Notes: generated by a model not told the origin, from the sequence alone. 44,005 bases of DNA from Candidatus Limnocylindrales bacterium (GCA_038211705.1 JBBQVJ010000002.1:1-44005), one strand, 5' to 3'; positions 1-9,012 are shown, counted from the stretch's first letter. A program made the numbers and translations.

Positions 1-307
1 CGGTGACCGTCGCGATCGTCAGGCTGTTGCGCAACGCGTTCATCAGGAACCGGTCCGACCAGGCGATCGCGTACCACTGCAGCGAGAAGCCCTTGAGATC
101 GGTCACGTGGCGGCCGGCGTTGAAGCTGTAGATGACGACGACCAGGATGGGCAGGAACAGGAACCCAAAGACGAACCCGGTGTAGATCCGCACGGCGCGG
201 TCGCCCAGGCGCTCGAACCGGGCGGCCCGGTGCGCGGCGGGCAGATCGATCCGTGGCGCGACAGCGGGCTCGGCGGGGAGGGCCGCCGCACTGGCCGGGG
301 TGCTCAC
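1..307 (-). CDS. ABC transporter permease, PotC-like; N-terminal part only, gene runs off the left edge
   Basis: Absent from the ORF track because truncated. Reverse translation from GTG at 307 gives VSTPASAAALPAEPAVAPRIDLPAAHRAARFERLGDRAVRIYTGFVFGFLFLPILVVVIYSFNAGRHVTDLKGFSLQWYAIAWSDRFLMNALRNSLTIATVT with no stop to position 1. TM1 plus IYSFN..W..Y pattern is typical of PotC/PotI. GAGG about 7 nt upstream; starts 9 nt after the PotB-like stop. Confidence 0.7.
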   Translation of the reverse strand, partial: MSTPASAAALPAEPAVAPRIDLPAAHRAARFERLGDRAVRIYTGFVFGFLFLPILVVVIYSFNAGRHVTDLKGFSLQWYAIAWSDRFLMNALRNSLTIATVT

Positions 308-315
308 ACCCGGCC

Positions 316-1242
316 TCACAGCAGGCTCGCCTCGCGGCCGGACCGCACCAGCCGCCGCGTGATCGCCAGGTAGCCCGCCACCAGGACGATCATCCCGGCC
401 ACGAACACGGTCGCCAGCGCCGACCCGAACGGCCAGTTCCGGCTCTGGAGGAAGAGGTCCGCCAGCGCGTTGCCGAGGAAGTACGTCTTGCCGCCGCCGA
501 GCAGGATCGGGATCAGGTACTCGCCCATGATCGGGATGAAGACCAGGACGATGCCGGACAGGATCCCGGGCGCCGCCAGCGGCAGGACGATCTGCCGGAA
601 CGTCGCGACCGGCCCCGCCCCGAGGTCGCGTGACGCCTCGAGGAACGAGCGATCCAACCGCTCGAGATTGACATAGATCGGCAACACCATCAGCGGCAGG
701 TAGTTGTAGACGATGCCCAACGAGACGGCGAACGGCGTATTGAGGAACTGGAAGTCGCCCAGCCCAAGCAGGCTGAGGACATGCGGCACGCCGTTCGAGC
801 CGAGCAGGGTCATCCAGGCGTAGGTCCGGATGAGGAAGCTCGTCCAGAACGGGACGACCACGAGCGCCACCAGGATGAGCTTCCACTGGCCGCGCACCTT
901 GAGCGCGAGCGTGTAGGCCACCGGGAAGGCGACCAGCAGGCAGATGAACGTGTTGAGCAGCGCCAGCCCGAACGTGTTGGTGAACGGCGTGATCCGCGAC
1001 CCGAGGTTGAGGTACTGATCGAGCGTGAGCGCTGGCGTGTAGCCGCCGTTGGGCGCCCGCTGACCGACCGACATGACCCCGAGCACGACCAGCGGCGCGA
1101 CGAGGAACGTGAGGTACCAGATCGCGGCGGGCACGACGAGCAGGGCGGCGAGGCCACGCCGTCGTCGGACGGGTGGCCGGACCGTCGCCCCGCTCGCGGT
1201 CGTCATCGGCTGGGTCAGGCGGAGGCCTTGATGCGCGCCCAC
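316..1242 (-). CDS. ABC transporter permease, PotB-like (polyamine/opine-type family)
   Basis: 308-aa ORF with multiple TM stretches and the permease EAA-like loop EASRDLGAGPVATFRQIVLPLAAPG. Alternative start ATG 1206 (MTTASGATV) would remove the 28-nt overlap with the upstream binding-protein gene. Confidence 0.85.
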   Translation of the reverse strand: MGAHQGLRLTQPMTTASGATVRPPVRRRRGLAALLVVPAAIWYLTFLVAPLVVLGVMSVGQRAPNGGYTPALTLDQYLNLGSRITPFTNTFGLALLNTFICLLVAFPVAYTLALKVRGQWKLILVALVVVPFWTSFLIRTYAWMTLLGSNGVPHVLSLLGLGDFQFLNTPFAVSLGIVYNYLPLMVLPIYVNLERLDRSFLEASRDLGAGPVATFRQIVLPLAAPGILSGIVLVFIPIMGEYLIPILLGGGKTYFLGNALADLFLQSRNWPFGSALATVFVAGMIVLVAGYLAITRRLVRSGREASLL

Positions 1243-2447
1243 GCCTCGGCCCGGGCAGCGCTGTTGTACGTCGCCCCGACGGCGTACTCGAGCTTGGTCA
1301 GCTGGTCCGGCGCAGGGTAGATGACCGGGTTGCCCTTGACCTCTGCGGGGAGGAGCGCGGTCGCCTTGTCGTTGGCGTGCGGGAAGAGGCAGAACGCCGT
1401 CTCCTTGGCCGCCTGCTCAGGTGCGGTGATGTAATCGAGGAAGGCGTACGCGGCGGCCTTGTGGGGCGCGTCCGCGGCGACCGTGTAGGAGTCGATCCAG
1501 AGCTCGCCCCCGTCGGCGGCGATCACGTACTTGGCCGCGGGGTTCTCGCGGACGACCTGGACCCCGTCACCGGTCCAGGCGACCGACAGCCACGTGTCGA
1601 GCGCCCGCAGCGGCGGCTGGACGTCCGACGAGATCGCGAACAGGCTGGGCTTGAGCTTGGTCAGCATCGCCTCCACGGCGGCCATCTCGGTCGGATCGAT
1701 CGTGTTGAGCGAATAGCCCATCGCGACGGCTGCCGAGCCGAACGAGCTGATCTGATGGTCCACGATCAGGGCCTTGCCCTTGTAGGTCGTGCCGGCCAGG
1801 TCGAAGAACTGCTTCCAGGTGGTGAGTGGCTCGGTCACCTTGTCCGACCAGTATGCGATCCCGGTCGTGCCCCAGTTCTTCGGAATGGAGTACTTGTTGC
1901 CCGTGTCGAAGGCCTGGTTCATGAACCGGGCGTTCCAGTCGGCCGCCACCCAGCTTGGGATCTGGGCGTAGTCGATCGGCTCGATGAGCTTGTCGGCGAC
2001 CCAGCCCTCGACGGCGTAGTTGGACGGTACGACGACGTCGATCCCCGAGTTGCCGGCCCGGATCTTGGCCTCCATCTCTTCGGTCGAGCCGTAGACGCCC
2101 ATATTGATGGCGACACCGGTCTTGGCCGTGAAGCCCTCGAGGACGCCCGGATCGTGGTAGTTCGGCCAGGTCGCGAGGTTGAGCGTGTCACCGAGGCTGC
2201 CGCCGGTCGCCGCGCTGGCCGGCGAGGAATCCGCTGCGGACGCGGCCGTGGTGGGTGCCCCGGCGCTCGGGGCACCGGAGTTGCCTGAGCTGCCGGCCGG
2301 TGTCGGGGCGCAGGCCGCCAGCACGATGGCACCGAGCCCGGCGCCGCCGCCGACCAGGAAATGGCGGCGCGAGATCCGGCGTTCGATCGCCAGGCGGGTG
2401 ATCTCGTTGGGGTCCGGCCGCGTGGCCGGGTCACGTCCGTTCGTCAT
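1215..2447 (-). CDS. Periplasmic substrate-binding lipoprotein, PotD/PotF family, Tat signal
   Basis: ORF 1215..2627 trimmed to ATG 2447, preceded by GGAGGAGGA. Tat motif SRRHFLVGGG, lipobox LAAC, Ser/Ala/Pro linker, then LNLATWPNYH and a PotD-like body. Confidence 0.85.
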   Translation of the reverse strand: MTNGRDPATRPDPNEITRLAIERRISRRHFLVGGGAGLGAIVLAACAPTPAGSSGNSGAPSAGAPTTAASAADSSPASAATGGSLGDTLNLATWPNYHDPGVLEGFTAKTGVAINMGVYGSTEEMEAKIRAGNSGIDVVVPSNYAVEGWVADKLIEPIDYAQIPSWVAADWNARFMNQAFDTGNKYSIPKNWGTTGIAYWSDKVTEPLTTWKQFFDLAGTTYKGKALIVDHQISSFGSAAVAMGYSLNTIDPTEMAAVEAMLTKLKPSLFAISSDVQPPLRALDTWLSVAWTGDGVQVVRENPAAKYVIAADGGELWIDSYTVAADAPHKAAAYAFLDYITAPEQAAKETAFCLFPHANDKATALLPAEVKGNPVIYPAPDQLTKLEYAVGATYNSAARAEAWARIKASA

Positions 2448-2523
2448 CGTTCCTCCTCCAGTCGCCGGGCGAAGGATCGCCCGTGCGTCGATGCCATGGG
2501 TCTCCGTCGTGTCGCGAGGCTGC

Positions 2524-3246
2524 CTAGGCGTCGTCGACCACCACCTCCTTTGCGGACGCGGCCCGAGTGAGCTCGAGCGCGCAGTCGACCTGTTCCCGGA
2601 CCGAGGGGCCGGCCGGCAGCCGGCCATCTAAGATGGCGCCCCCGATGGTGTAGGCCCACGCGCCGGCGGCGGTGAGGGCATCGATGCGCTCGGCCGAGTC
2701 GACGCTGCCGGCCGCGATGACCGGCCCGGTCGCCGCCCCGACCACGGCCCGGACGAGGGCGGGCACGTCGCCCGCCCAGCGATGAGCGAGCAGGTCAAGG
2801 CCGTGGACGCCGTCCCGGGCCGTGAGGTCGTGGGCGCTGCTGGCGATCTCGTCGATCGTGCCCTCGAGGACGCTCGGGTGGCCGACGATCCGACCGGGGA
2901 AGGGGCAGTAGTGCGGTCGTCCCGGGCTGCCGGGCGGACCGACCCGATCGAGGATCTCAAGCGCCTCGTCGGGGTGCGTGCCACCGAGCAGCCAGTCGAC
3001 GCCGATCTCGAGCGCCGCGTCCACGGATCGGATCTCATCCTCGGCCCGCTCGGAGACGACTTCGAGGAAGACCTCGCGGCCATCGGCGCGCATCGCGGTC
3101 GCGAGCTCGCGCAACCGCGCCGGCGGGAGGCCGATGTCCTTGAACCCGATGTAGCGCAGCCCGCTGTCACGGACCTCGTCGTAGACCTCCATCGCGTTCG
3201 AGACGGTCTGGTCGTTGCGGGTGAGCATGAAGATGAACTCGAGCAC
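2524..3246 (-). CDS. Conserved hypothetical protein, probably a (beta/alpha)8 barrel (GlpP-like architecture); function unknown
   Basis: ORF 2524..3351 trimmed to GTG 3246, 10 nt after the HAD gene stop at 3257. Starts VLEFIFMLTRNDQTV; alternating beta/alpha pattern and C-terminal GPVIAAGSV..TIGGAI phosphate-binding-like motif. Fold assignment comes from sequence pattern only. Confidence 0.55.
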   Translation of the reverse strand: MLEFIFMLTRNDQTVSNAMEVYDEVRDSGLRYIGFKDIGLPPARLRELATAMRADGREVFLEVVSERAEDEIRSVDAALEIGVDWLLGGTHPDEALEILDRVGPPGSPGRPHYCPFPGRIVGHPSVLEGTIDEIASSAHDLTARDGVHGLDLLAHRWAGDVPALVRAVVGAATGPVIAAGSVDSAERIDALTAAGAWAYTIGGAILDGRLPAGPSVREQVDCALELTRAASAKEVVVDDA

Positions 3247-3256
3247 GGGCGGTCCC

Positions 3257-4087
3257 TCAGGTGGCGGGGTTGGGGAGCAGGTCGGCCAACCGCTCCAGGA
3301 CGTAGTCGGGAGTGATCGGGGAGTCGTCGAGCGCCTCGGCCCGCGTCGCACCGGTCAGGACCAGCGCCGAGGCCATCCCGGCCTCGTGGGCCATCCGGAC
3401 ATCGGTCATCAGCCTGTCTCCGATGAGGATGGTGTCGTCGGGCGGGAGCGCCAGCCGCTCGAGGAGGGCCGCCGCCATGTGCGCCGACGGCTTGCCGACG
3501 ATCGCCTCGGCTCGGGCGCCGGTCGAGGCCTCGATGGCGGCCAGCATCGCCGCGCAGTCGGGCAGGTCACCGTCCGGGGTGGGGCAGTAGGGGTCAGGAT
3601 TCGTCGCGACGATCCGGGCGCCCGCGCGGACCGCCAGAAAGGCGGCTACGAGTTTCGGGTAATCGAATGTCCGGTCCCACGAGACGACGACGACGTCGGC
3701 GCTCGCGGGGTCGTCGCGGGCCGGATCGACGATCGGGAACCCCGCGTCGGCGAGCATCGTGACGAGGAGCGGCTCGGCGACCGGCAGGATCCGGACACCC
3801 GGTGCGCGGACCGCCAGGTAGCGCAGCAGCGCATCGGTCGACGAAACGATGTCGTGGGCGGTCGCCGGGATGCCGAGATCGGTCAGCTTGGCGGCGTAGG
3901 TCGCGGTCGTCTCGAGCGGCTTGTTGGTCAGGAAGACGACGTGGGCGCCGGCGGCCCGGATCGTGGCCACGATCTCGGCGGCGCCGGGGAGCAGGTGGTC
4001 GCCGAGGTAGAGCGTCCCGTCGAGATCGAAGACGTAGCCGCCGAAGGTTCGGGTCGGGCGGCGGAGGTGGGTGGTCCCGGCCGTCAT
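3257..4087 (-). CDS. HAD-IIA family phosphatase (NagD/AraL-like)
   Basis: HAD motifs visible: DLDGTLY (I), FLTNK (II), GKP (III), GDRLMTD (IV). ATGA overlap with the upstream dehydrogenase gene. Confidence 0.85.
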   Translation of the reverse strand: MTAGTTHLRRPTRTFGGYVFDLDGTLYLGDHLLPGAAEIVATIRAAGAHVVFLTNKPLETTATYAAKLTDLGIPATAHDIVSSTDALLRYLAVRAPGVRILPVAEPLLVTMLADAGFPIVDPARDDPASADVVVVSWDRTFDYPKLVAAFLAVRAGARIVATNPDPYCPTPDGDLPDCAAMLAAIEASTGARAEAIVGKPSAHMAAALLERLALPPDDTILIGDRLMTDVRMAHEAGMASALVLTGATRAEALDDSPITPDYVLERLADLLPNPAT

Positions 4088-5505
4088 CGTCCGGCGCCCA
4101 TGATCCCGGAGCGCTCGAGCAGGTCGTCGGCGGTCGCTTCGTCCCAGTCGCCGGCGAAGAAGCGCAGGTCGGCGACGGTGAACCGGTCACGCATCAGCGG
4201 CAGGGCCCGGAGCGCCCAGCGCACCATCTCGGGTGGCGGGGCGGGCTCGAGATCGCCGATCCGGGCCGGAGCGCCGGCCCCTGCCAGGGCCGTCGCGAGC
4301 ACAGCCGGCTCGGTGACGAGACCGCGAAGGATGGCCCGGTGGCGGTCCCAGTCGGCGGCCAGCGCCCTGACTCGGTCGCGGGCCACAGTCCACCGATCGA
4401 GCTTGCGCCTGACGTCCTTCCAGCACTCGGCCGCCATCCGGCCGCTGGGGTCCATCGGGTCGAAGGCGGCGTGGACGCGCCGTTCGACGACGACCGGGTC
4501 CGGGGTGGCCGCCGCGCTGACGAGCAATGCCGGGTCGAGTCGATCGAGCGTGTCGTGCCAGATCGTGGCCGCCACGATGGTCGCGACGCCGACCTGGGCG
4601 CCGTGGAACGCGAGCGGCCGGTCGGCGACCCCGGCCGCCATGTCGAGCAGGTGGCTGAGCAGATGTTCCGTGCCCGAGAGGGGCGCCGTCCGGCCGGCCA
4701 CGCCCATCGCCATACCGGTGAGGGTCATCCGCGAGGCAAGCTCGGCGAGCATCTCTGGATCGTTCGCCCGCACGCGGGCGGCACCATCGAGCAGGGCATC
4801 GGCGCCGTCGCGGAAGAGGTCGACCACGCCCTGGTCGTAGGTGTCGTCGAGCCCCGTCGCGTTGGCCAGGTACCAGTCGGCGGGTGCCGTGAACATCGAG
4901 CACAGCTCGCCAAAGCCCGCCCGGTTCATCGCCGCCGGCGCGTCGGCCAGGACCTCGAGGTCGACGATGAGCGCGTCCGGCCAGCGCGATGGCACGGTCC
5001 GCTTGACGCCCTCGCGCAGCAGGACGGCCATGTCGTCCGAGAAGGCGTTGACCGAGACGGCGGTCTGGACGACGACCAGCGGGATGCCGCCGGCGCGCAG
5101 CGTGGCGTCCTTGGCGACGTCCGTGATCGTGCCGGACCCGACCGAGACGACGCAGCCCGCCCCGGCGATCGCGACATCGGCGTGGGCAAGGGCGTCGGCA
5201 TCGGCGTGGAGCTCCGGACCGTGCGCCAGGATCACCGCTAGCCGGGTGGGAAAGCGGGCCTCGAGCGTAGCCACGACGGCGGCCTTGAGATCCCCGCCGG
5301 CGCGACGCATCGGTGTCTCGTCAACGACCACCACGACCTCGCCGGCACGCCGGACCGCGGCGACGTCATCGGGGAGTGCCGCCAGGGCATTCGACCCGAT
5401 CCGGACGCGGCCCAGCCCGATCGGATGCCGCCGGTCGCCACCCGCGAGCCGTCGGCGAAGACCGTCGAGGTCAGTCGGATCGGGCAGGAGGGCGGGCTGG
5501 GTCAT
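4084..5505 (-). CDS. Iron-containing alcohol dehydrogenase superfamily, sn-glycerol-1-phosphate dehydrogenase (AraM/EgsA)-like, with a C-terminal extension of about 100 aa
   Basis: 473 aa. Has VGSGTITDVAK nucleotide loop, DLEVLADAP..AGFGE and SGTEHLLSHLLD metal-site-like motifs. Start overlaps the kinase stop (ATGA at 5502-5505). Confidence 0.7.
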   Translation of the reverse strand: MTQPALLPDPTDLDGLRRRLAGGDRRHPIGLGRVRIGSNALAALPDDVAAVRRAGEVVVVVDETPMRRAGGDLKAAVVATLEARFPTRLAVILAHGPELHADADALAHADVAIAGAGCVVSVGSGTITDVAKDATLRAGGIPLVVVQTAVSVNAFSDDMAVLLREGVKRTVPSRWPDALIVDLEVLADAPAAMNRAGFGELCSMFTAPADWYLANATGLDDTYDQGVVDLFRDGADALLDGAARVRANDPEMLAELASRMTLTGMAMGVAGRTAPLSGTEHLLSHLLDMAAGVADRPLAFHGAQVGVATIVAATIWHDTLDRLDPALLVSAAATPDPVVVERRVHAAFDPMDPSGRMAAECWKDVRRKLDRWTVARDRVRALAADWDRHRAILRGLVTEPAVLATALAGAGAPARIGDLEPAPPPEMVRWALRALPLMRDRFTVADLRFFAGDWDEATADDLLERSGIMGAGR

Positions 5506-6983
5506 CGGGCCGCCGGCTCCATCGCATCGAACAGCCGCCGATAGCGGCCGTAGGCGTCGTCGTAGGCCGCAGCGGTCGCACGGTCCGGCTCATACATGGC
5601 CGGCTCGAGGACGGTCAGCCGATCGACCGCCTCGTCGAGATCACGGAAGGTTCCGGCCCCGACCCCGGCCAGCATCGCGGCACCGAGCGCGGTCGCCTCG
5701 TCGGCGGCGAGGACACGAACCACGCGTCCCGTGACATCAGCCTTCATCTGGAGCCACAGCGCGCTCCGTGCGCCGCCACCGACGACCCGGATCTCGTCCC
5801 CGGCCAGGCCCATCGCATCGAGCCGATCGACGATGTCGCGGAGGGCGAAGGAGCAGCCCTCGAGCAGCGCCCGGAAGAGGTGGCCACGGCCGTGGTTGAG
5901 CGACAGACCGGAGATGGTGCCGCGGGCCTGGTCGTTCCAGCGCGGGGCCGTGGCGCCCGAGAGCGTCGGCAGCACGGTCACGCCATCCGCACCCGGACCG
6001 GTCGTCGCGGCCGCCTCCGCGTCGAGCTCGGCGGGCGACAGGCCACCACCGAACGCGGCGGCGAACCAGCTCACGCTTCCGCCCGACACGAACCCGGGGT
6101 TCTCGACCAGCCAGACGCGCGGGTCGGCGTGCCCGTGCGTCTCGACCAGCCCGGTCTCGTCGATGACCGGGGTCGTGGCGGCCACCGCGACTGGTTCCGC
6201 GGTCCCGGTGATGTCGACGACGATCCCGGGCCGGATCCCGCCGGCACCCAGCGCCGCGCCGTGGTCGTCACCGGTCCCGACGACGACGCGAGTGGCCGTC
6301 GTGAGCCCCAGGGCGTGAGCCGCGCCCTGTCGCAGCGGCCCGACGATGTCCGCGGCGGCATGGATCGTCCCGACGCGATCCACGTCAAGGCCAACGGCGT
6401 CGAGCATCCGCCGCGACCAGGCACGGGTGGTGATGTCGTAGAGGAGGGTCGAGGAGGCGTTGGCGTGGTCGACGACCCGCTCGCCGGTCAGCCAGGCGAC
6501 GAGCGCGCTGCCGGGGAGGAGCAGTCCGGCAGCCCGCTCGAAGCGGTCGGGATGCGCATCGCGGAGCCACAGGATCTTGGCCGCGACGTGCGAAGCGTCG
6601 GTGTTGAGGCCAGTGATCCGGCGGACCTCGGCGGCGTCGATGGCGCGACCCAGCGCGCGCGTTTGATCGGTCGCGCGCCGATCGAGCCAGATGATCGCCG
6701 GGTGGAGCGGCTCGGCGTCGGCATCGATGGCGACCAGACCGTCGACCTGCGACGCCAGCCCGAGCGTGCCCACGGCCGAGGGCGCGACGCTCGAGGCCCC
6801 GAGCAGGCCCCCGATGACCGAGCCGAGGGCCCCGCGCCAGACGAGCGGGTCCTGCTGCGCCCAGCCCGGATGGGGGTACCCGACCTCGTAGGCCGCAGCC
6901 GCCTGGGCGACCACGACCCCGTCGGGATCGAGCAGGATCCCCTTCAGGCTCTGAGATCCGACATCGCAGCCGATCGCGTACAT
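5502..6983 (-). CDS. FGGY-family carbohydrate kinase (xylulokinase/ribulokinase-like)
   Basis: 493 aa. N-terminal MYAIGCDVGSQSLKG, GWAQQDP, and C-terminal GGGARSALWLQMKADVTG FGGY signature. Confidence 0.9.
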   Translation of the reverse strand: MYAIGCDVGSQSLKGILLDPDGVVVAQAAAAYEVGYPHPGWAQQDPLVWRGALGSVIGGLLGASSVAPSAVGTLGLASQVDGLVAIDADAEPLHPAIIWLDRRATDQTRALGRAIDAAEVRRITGLNTDASHVAAKILWLRDAHPDRFERAAGLLLPGSALVAWLTGERVVDHANASSTLLYDITTRAWSRRMLDAVGLDVDRVGTIHAAADIVGPLRQGAAHALGLTTATRVVVGTGDDHGAALGAGGIRPGIVVDITGTAEPVAVAATTPVIDETGLVETHGHADPRVWLVENPGFVSGGSVSWFAAAFGGGLSPAELDAEAAATTGPGADGVTVLPTLSGATAPRWNDQARGTISGLSLNHGRGHLFRALLEGCSFALRDIVDRLDAMGLAGDEIRVVGGGARSALWLQMKADVTGRVVRVLAADEATALGAAMLAGVGAGTFRDLDEAVDRLTVLEPAMYEPDRATAAAYDDAYGRYRRLFDAMEPAAR

Positions 6984-7042
6984 GTGGCGGTCAGCGCCTC
7001 ACGCTCTTGCTGCGCGACGCCCCCTCCGACGCGCCACGCCAT

Positions 7043-7060
7043 TCATCAGTCGTCTGATGA
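7043..7060. promoter_or_regulatory. Perfect 7-4-7 palindrome TCATCAG-TCGT-CTGATGA, candidate operator
   Basis: Lies in the 205-bp divergent region between the kinase operon (start 6983) and dodecin (start 7188). It is locally AT-richer than the surroundings. No regulator gene is adjacent. Confidence 0.3.
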
Positions 7061-7187
7061 CTTCGGGAGCATACGACGCCGATCTGCGATGTCAAATGGA
7101 GGCGCCCGTCGGTCGCTTGCTGCTACTGGGTTGGCGGGAGTTGGTAAGGTCGTCCCATCGACCAAGCCGCACGACAGGAGCATTGCC

Positions 7188-7391
7188 ATGACAGTCGCCC
7201 GAGTCACCGAGATCAGCTCGACCTCATCGAAGAGCTTCGACGATGCGATCAACGAGGGCGTCGCACGGGCGACGCAGACCCTCCGCAACGTCCGCAGCGC
7301 CTGGGTCAAGGAGCAGCGAGTCGACATCCGGGACGGCCGGATCGCCGAGTACCAGGTCAACCTGATGGTGACGTTCATCCTGGAAGACTGA
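7188..7391 (+). CDS. Dodecin-family flavin-binding protein
   Basis: 67 aa: MTVARVTEISSTSSKSFDDAINEGVARATQTLRNVRSAWVKEQRVDIRDGRIAEYQVNLMVTFILED. This is the C-terminal end of the spurious ORF 5313..7391. AGGAG 6-7 nt upstream of ATG 7188. Confidence 0.85.
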   Translation: MTVARVTEISSTSSKSFDDAINEGVARATQTLRNVRSAWVKEQRVDIRDGRIAEYQVNLMVTFILED

Positions 7392-7426
7392 GAGTCCGCC
7401 CGCGGATCGGTGGCGCCCCCGGCGGG

Positions 7427-7463
7427 TCGCCGGCCCGCCGTTCGCCGGCCCGCCGTTCGCCGG
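7427..7463. repeat. Tandem 15-bp repeat TCGCCGGCCCGCCGT, about 2.5 copies
   Basis: Direct reading: two perfect copies (7427-7441, 7442-7456) plus a partial third. It lies immediately left of MITE-like element E1. Confidence 0.85.
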
Positions 7464-7474
7464 TCGTGCTCCGC

Positions 7475-7930
7475 TTGATGCTTGATTTCAGGCACATAGG
7501 GGCGACTGACATTTGCTATGCCAATGGACGGCATAACTCGGCGCCATCCGCGCTCCCTCGACCGGCTCAAACTCGCGAGCAGCCACAGCGCCAGGCCGGC
7601 GACGCTCAAGGATCCGAGGCCATAGCCGACCAACAGGGCAAAGAAGGTGATGACGCGGCGGAGGTCGCCGAGGTCTGGCGCGCGAGCCATGAGCGTGCGC
7701 CCGCTCGATCGCGACTGACGATGTCCTCACCCATACAAGCATCCCGCCAAGGAATGTCGAGACGAGAGCGATCGCGCTCGGGATCCTGAGGGTCGGCGAA
7801 ACAGGAGCCGTCGCCAACAGCGGCACCCACGTTGCGACCGATGCGGCCGCGACCACAGTGCCGCGCGAGCTCAGGAATCAACAAAAGGGACGTCTCCTGC
7901 CGCGGCAATTTCAAGCATCAAGCGACGCGT
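7475..7930. mobile_element. MITE-like element E1 (decayed copy): full left terminal module, degenerate right module
   Basis: Left module at 7475-7535 is TTGATGCTTGATTTC ... TATGCCAATGGACGGCATA. Right terminus is TCAAGCATCAAGCGAC at 7911-7926. The right subterminal hairpin is only vestigial (GATGCGG at about 7840, as in E3). Confidence 0.45.
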
Positions 7931-7967
7931 GGCGGAGGCGCTGCGACCCGGCGGAGCCGCCCGGAGC

Positions 7968-8534
7968 CTACGCCGGCTCGTACTCCAGCAGCACGCTTCC
8001 CGACGAGAACGTCCGCGTGCCGACGAGCCGCAACGGGAGCGGCGCCTCGAGCGACGCGAACATCGCCTTGCCGTTGCCCAGCGCCATCGGCGTGAGCAGC
8101 AGCCGGTACGTGTCGATCAGACCGGCCGCCGACAACGTCGCCAGCAGATCGGCGCCGGCGCCGAGCATGATGTCGGGGCCGTCAGCCGCCTTCATCCGCC
8201 GCACGGCCTCGACGACGTCGCCTTCGAGCAGATCCGCGTTGGCGCGAAGCGCGGGCTGGCCGCGCGACACCACGTGCTTGGGCGTCTCGCGCCAGAACCG
8301 CGCGAAATCGCGCTCGATCTCGGGCATCGCCGGATCCGCGATGTCGACCTCGTCCCAGTAGTCCATGAAATCGGTGTACATCACCCGGCCGATGACGATG
8401 TCGCCGGCGTCACGCAGCAGTTCGTTGGCGTATCGATGCTCGTCCTCGGCGGGCTCGTAGTGTCCGAGACCGCCGTCGGGATCCGAGTACATGCCATCGG
8501 CGGTGAGGATGATGTAGAAGTCGAGTCGTCGCAT
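7968..8534 (-). CDS. Dihydrofolate-reductase-like protein (RibD C-terminal domain family)
   Basis: 188 aa. MRRLDFYIILTADGMY..., GRVMY..F..YW, IMLGAGADLLATL, and the YRLLLTPMALGNGKAMF pattern typical of this family. Confidence 0.8.
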   Translation of the reverse strand: MRRLDFYIILTADGMYSDPDGGLGHYEPAEDEHRYANELLRDAGDIVIGRVMYTDFMDYWDEVDIADPAMPEIERDFARFWRETPKHVVSRGQPALRANADLLEGDVVEAVRRMKAADGPDIMLGAGADLLATLSAAGLIDTYRLLLTPMALGNGKAMFASLEAPLPLRLVGTRTFSSGSVLLEYEPA

Positions 8535-8622
8535 CCCCAGACCCTACCGCAGCCGCCCCGCCTTCGCCTGCTACCGTTGCGCCGATACCGACGAGCGGTC
8601 CGAAACCCCGGAGGTCCAGCCC

Positions 8623-9009
8623 ATGGAAGAAGCACTCGTTCGCGAGCACGCCCAGGCGTTTGCCGACGCGCTCGTCGCCGGCGACGTCGATCGCGCGATC
8701 ACCGACTTCAGCAAGGAGCTGCGCCAGAACCTGGGCGAGGTGATCTCGCTCCTGCCGCTCCCGGCGACCTCGGCCACGATCGAGTCCATCGAGCGCAGCG
8801 GGGCGGGCGACAACGTCGCCATCCGGGTGGTCGGGGAGAGCGAGGAGATCCTCATCCAGACACGCTGGAAGGACCGCGACGACCAGCCCACGATCATCGA
8901 GCTCAGCCACCTGACCCGGACCGCGATCGCGGCAGCCGCCGGCGAGGTCCTCGAGGAGACCGAAGGCGAGGACGAGGCAGCCGAATCCGCCGCCGACGAG
9001 GCGGGCTGA
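8623..9009 (+). CDS. Hypothetical protein with acidic C-terminal tail
   Basis: 128-aa ORF, GGAGG upstream of ATG 8623, high third-position GC. No family recognised. Confidence 0.55.
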   Translation: MEEALVREHAQAFADALVAGDVDRAITDFSKELRQNLGEVISLLPLPATSATIESIERSGAGDNVAIRVVGESEEILIQTRWKDRDDQPTIIELSHLTRTAIAAAAGEVLEETEGEDEAAESAADEAG

Positions 9010-9012
9010 GCC

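Noticed and set aside
3215-4840. Very long ORFs antisense to well-supported genes. Examples: 3215..4840 (+), the first 620 codons or so of 5313..7391 (+), 12849..13964 (+), 20272..21930 (-), 26052..27443 (-), 39053..40576 (-) and 42034..43302 (+).
   Set aside because: Their translations are Arg/Pro/Gly/Ala-rich with no recognisable motifs. Each lies opposite a gene with clear family signatures. These are expected open-frame artefacts of DNA with about 70% GC.
7046-7690. The 214-aa ORF 7046..7690 (-) could be a real gene.
   Set aside because: Its C-terminal two-thirds run through the MITE terminal module and antisense across the dodecin gene. Only the first 45 codons or so look coding; these are discussed under the E1 finding.
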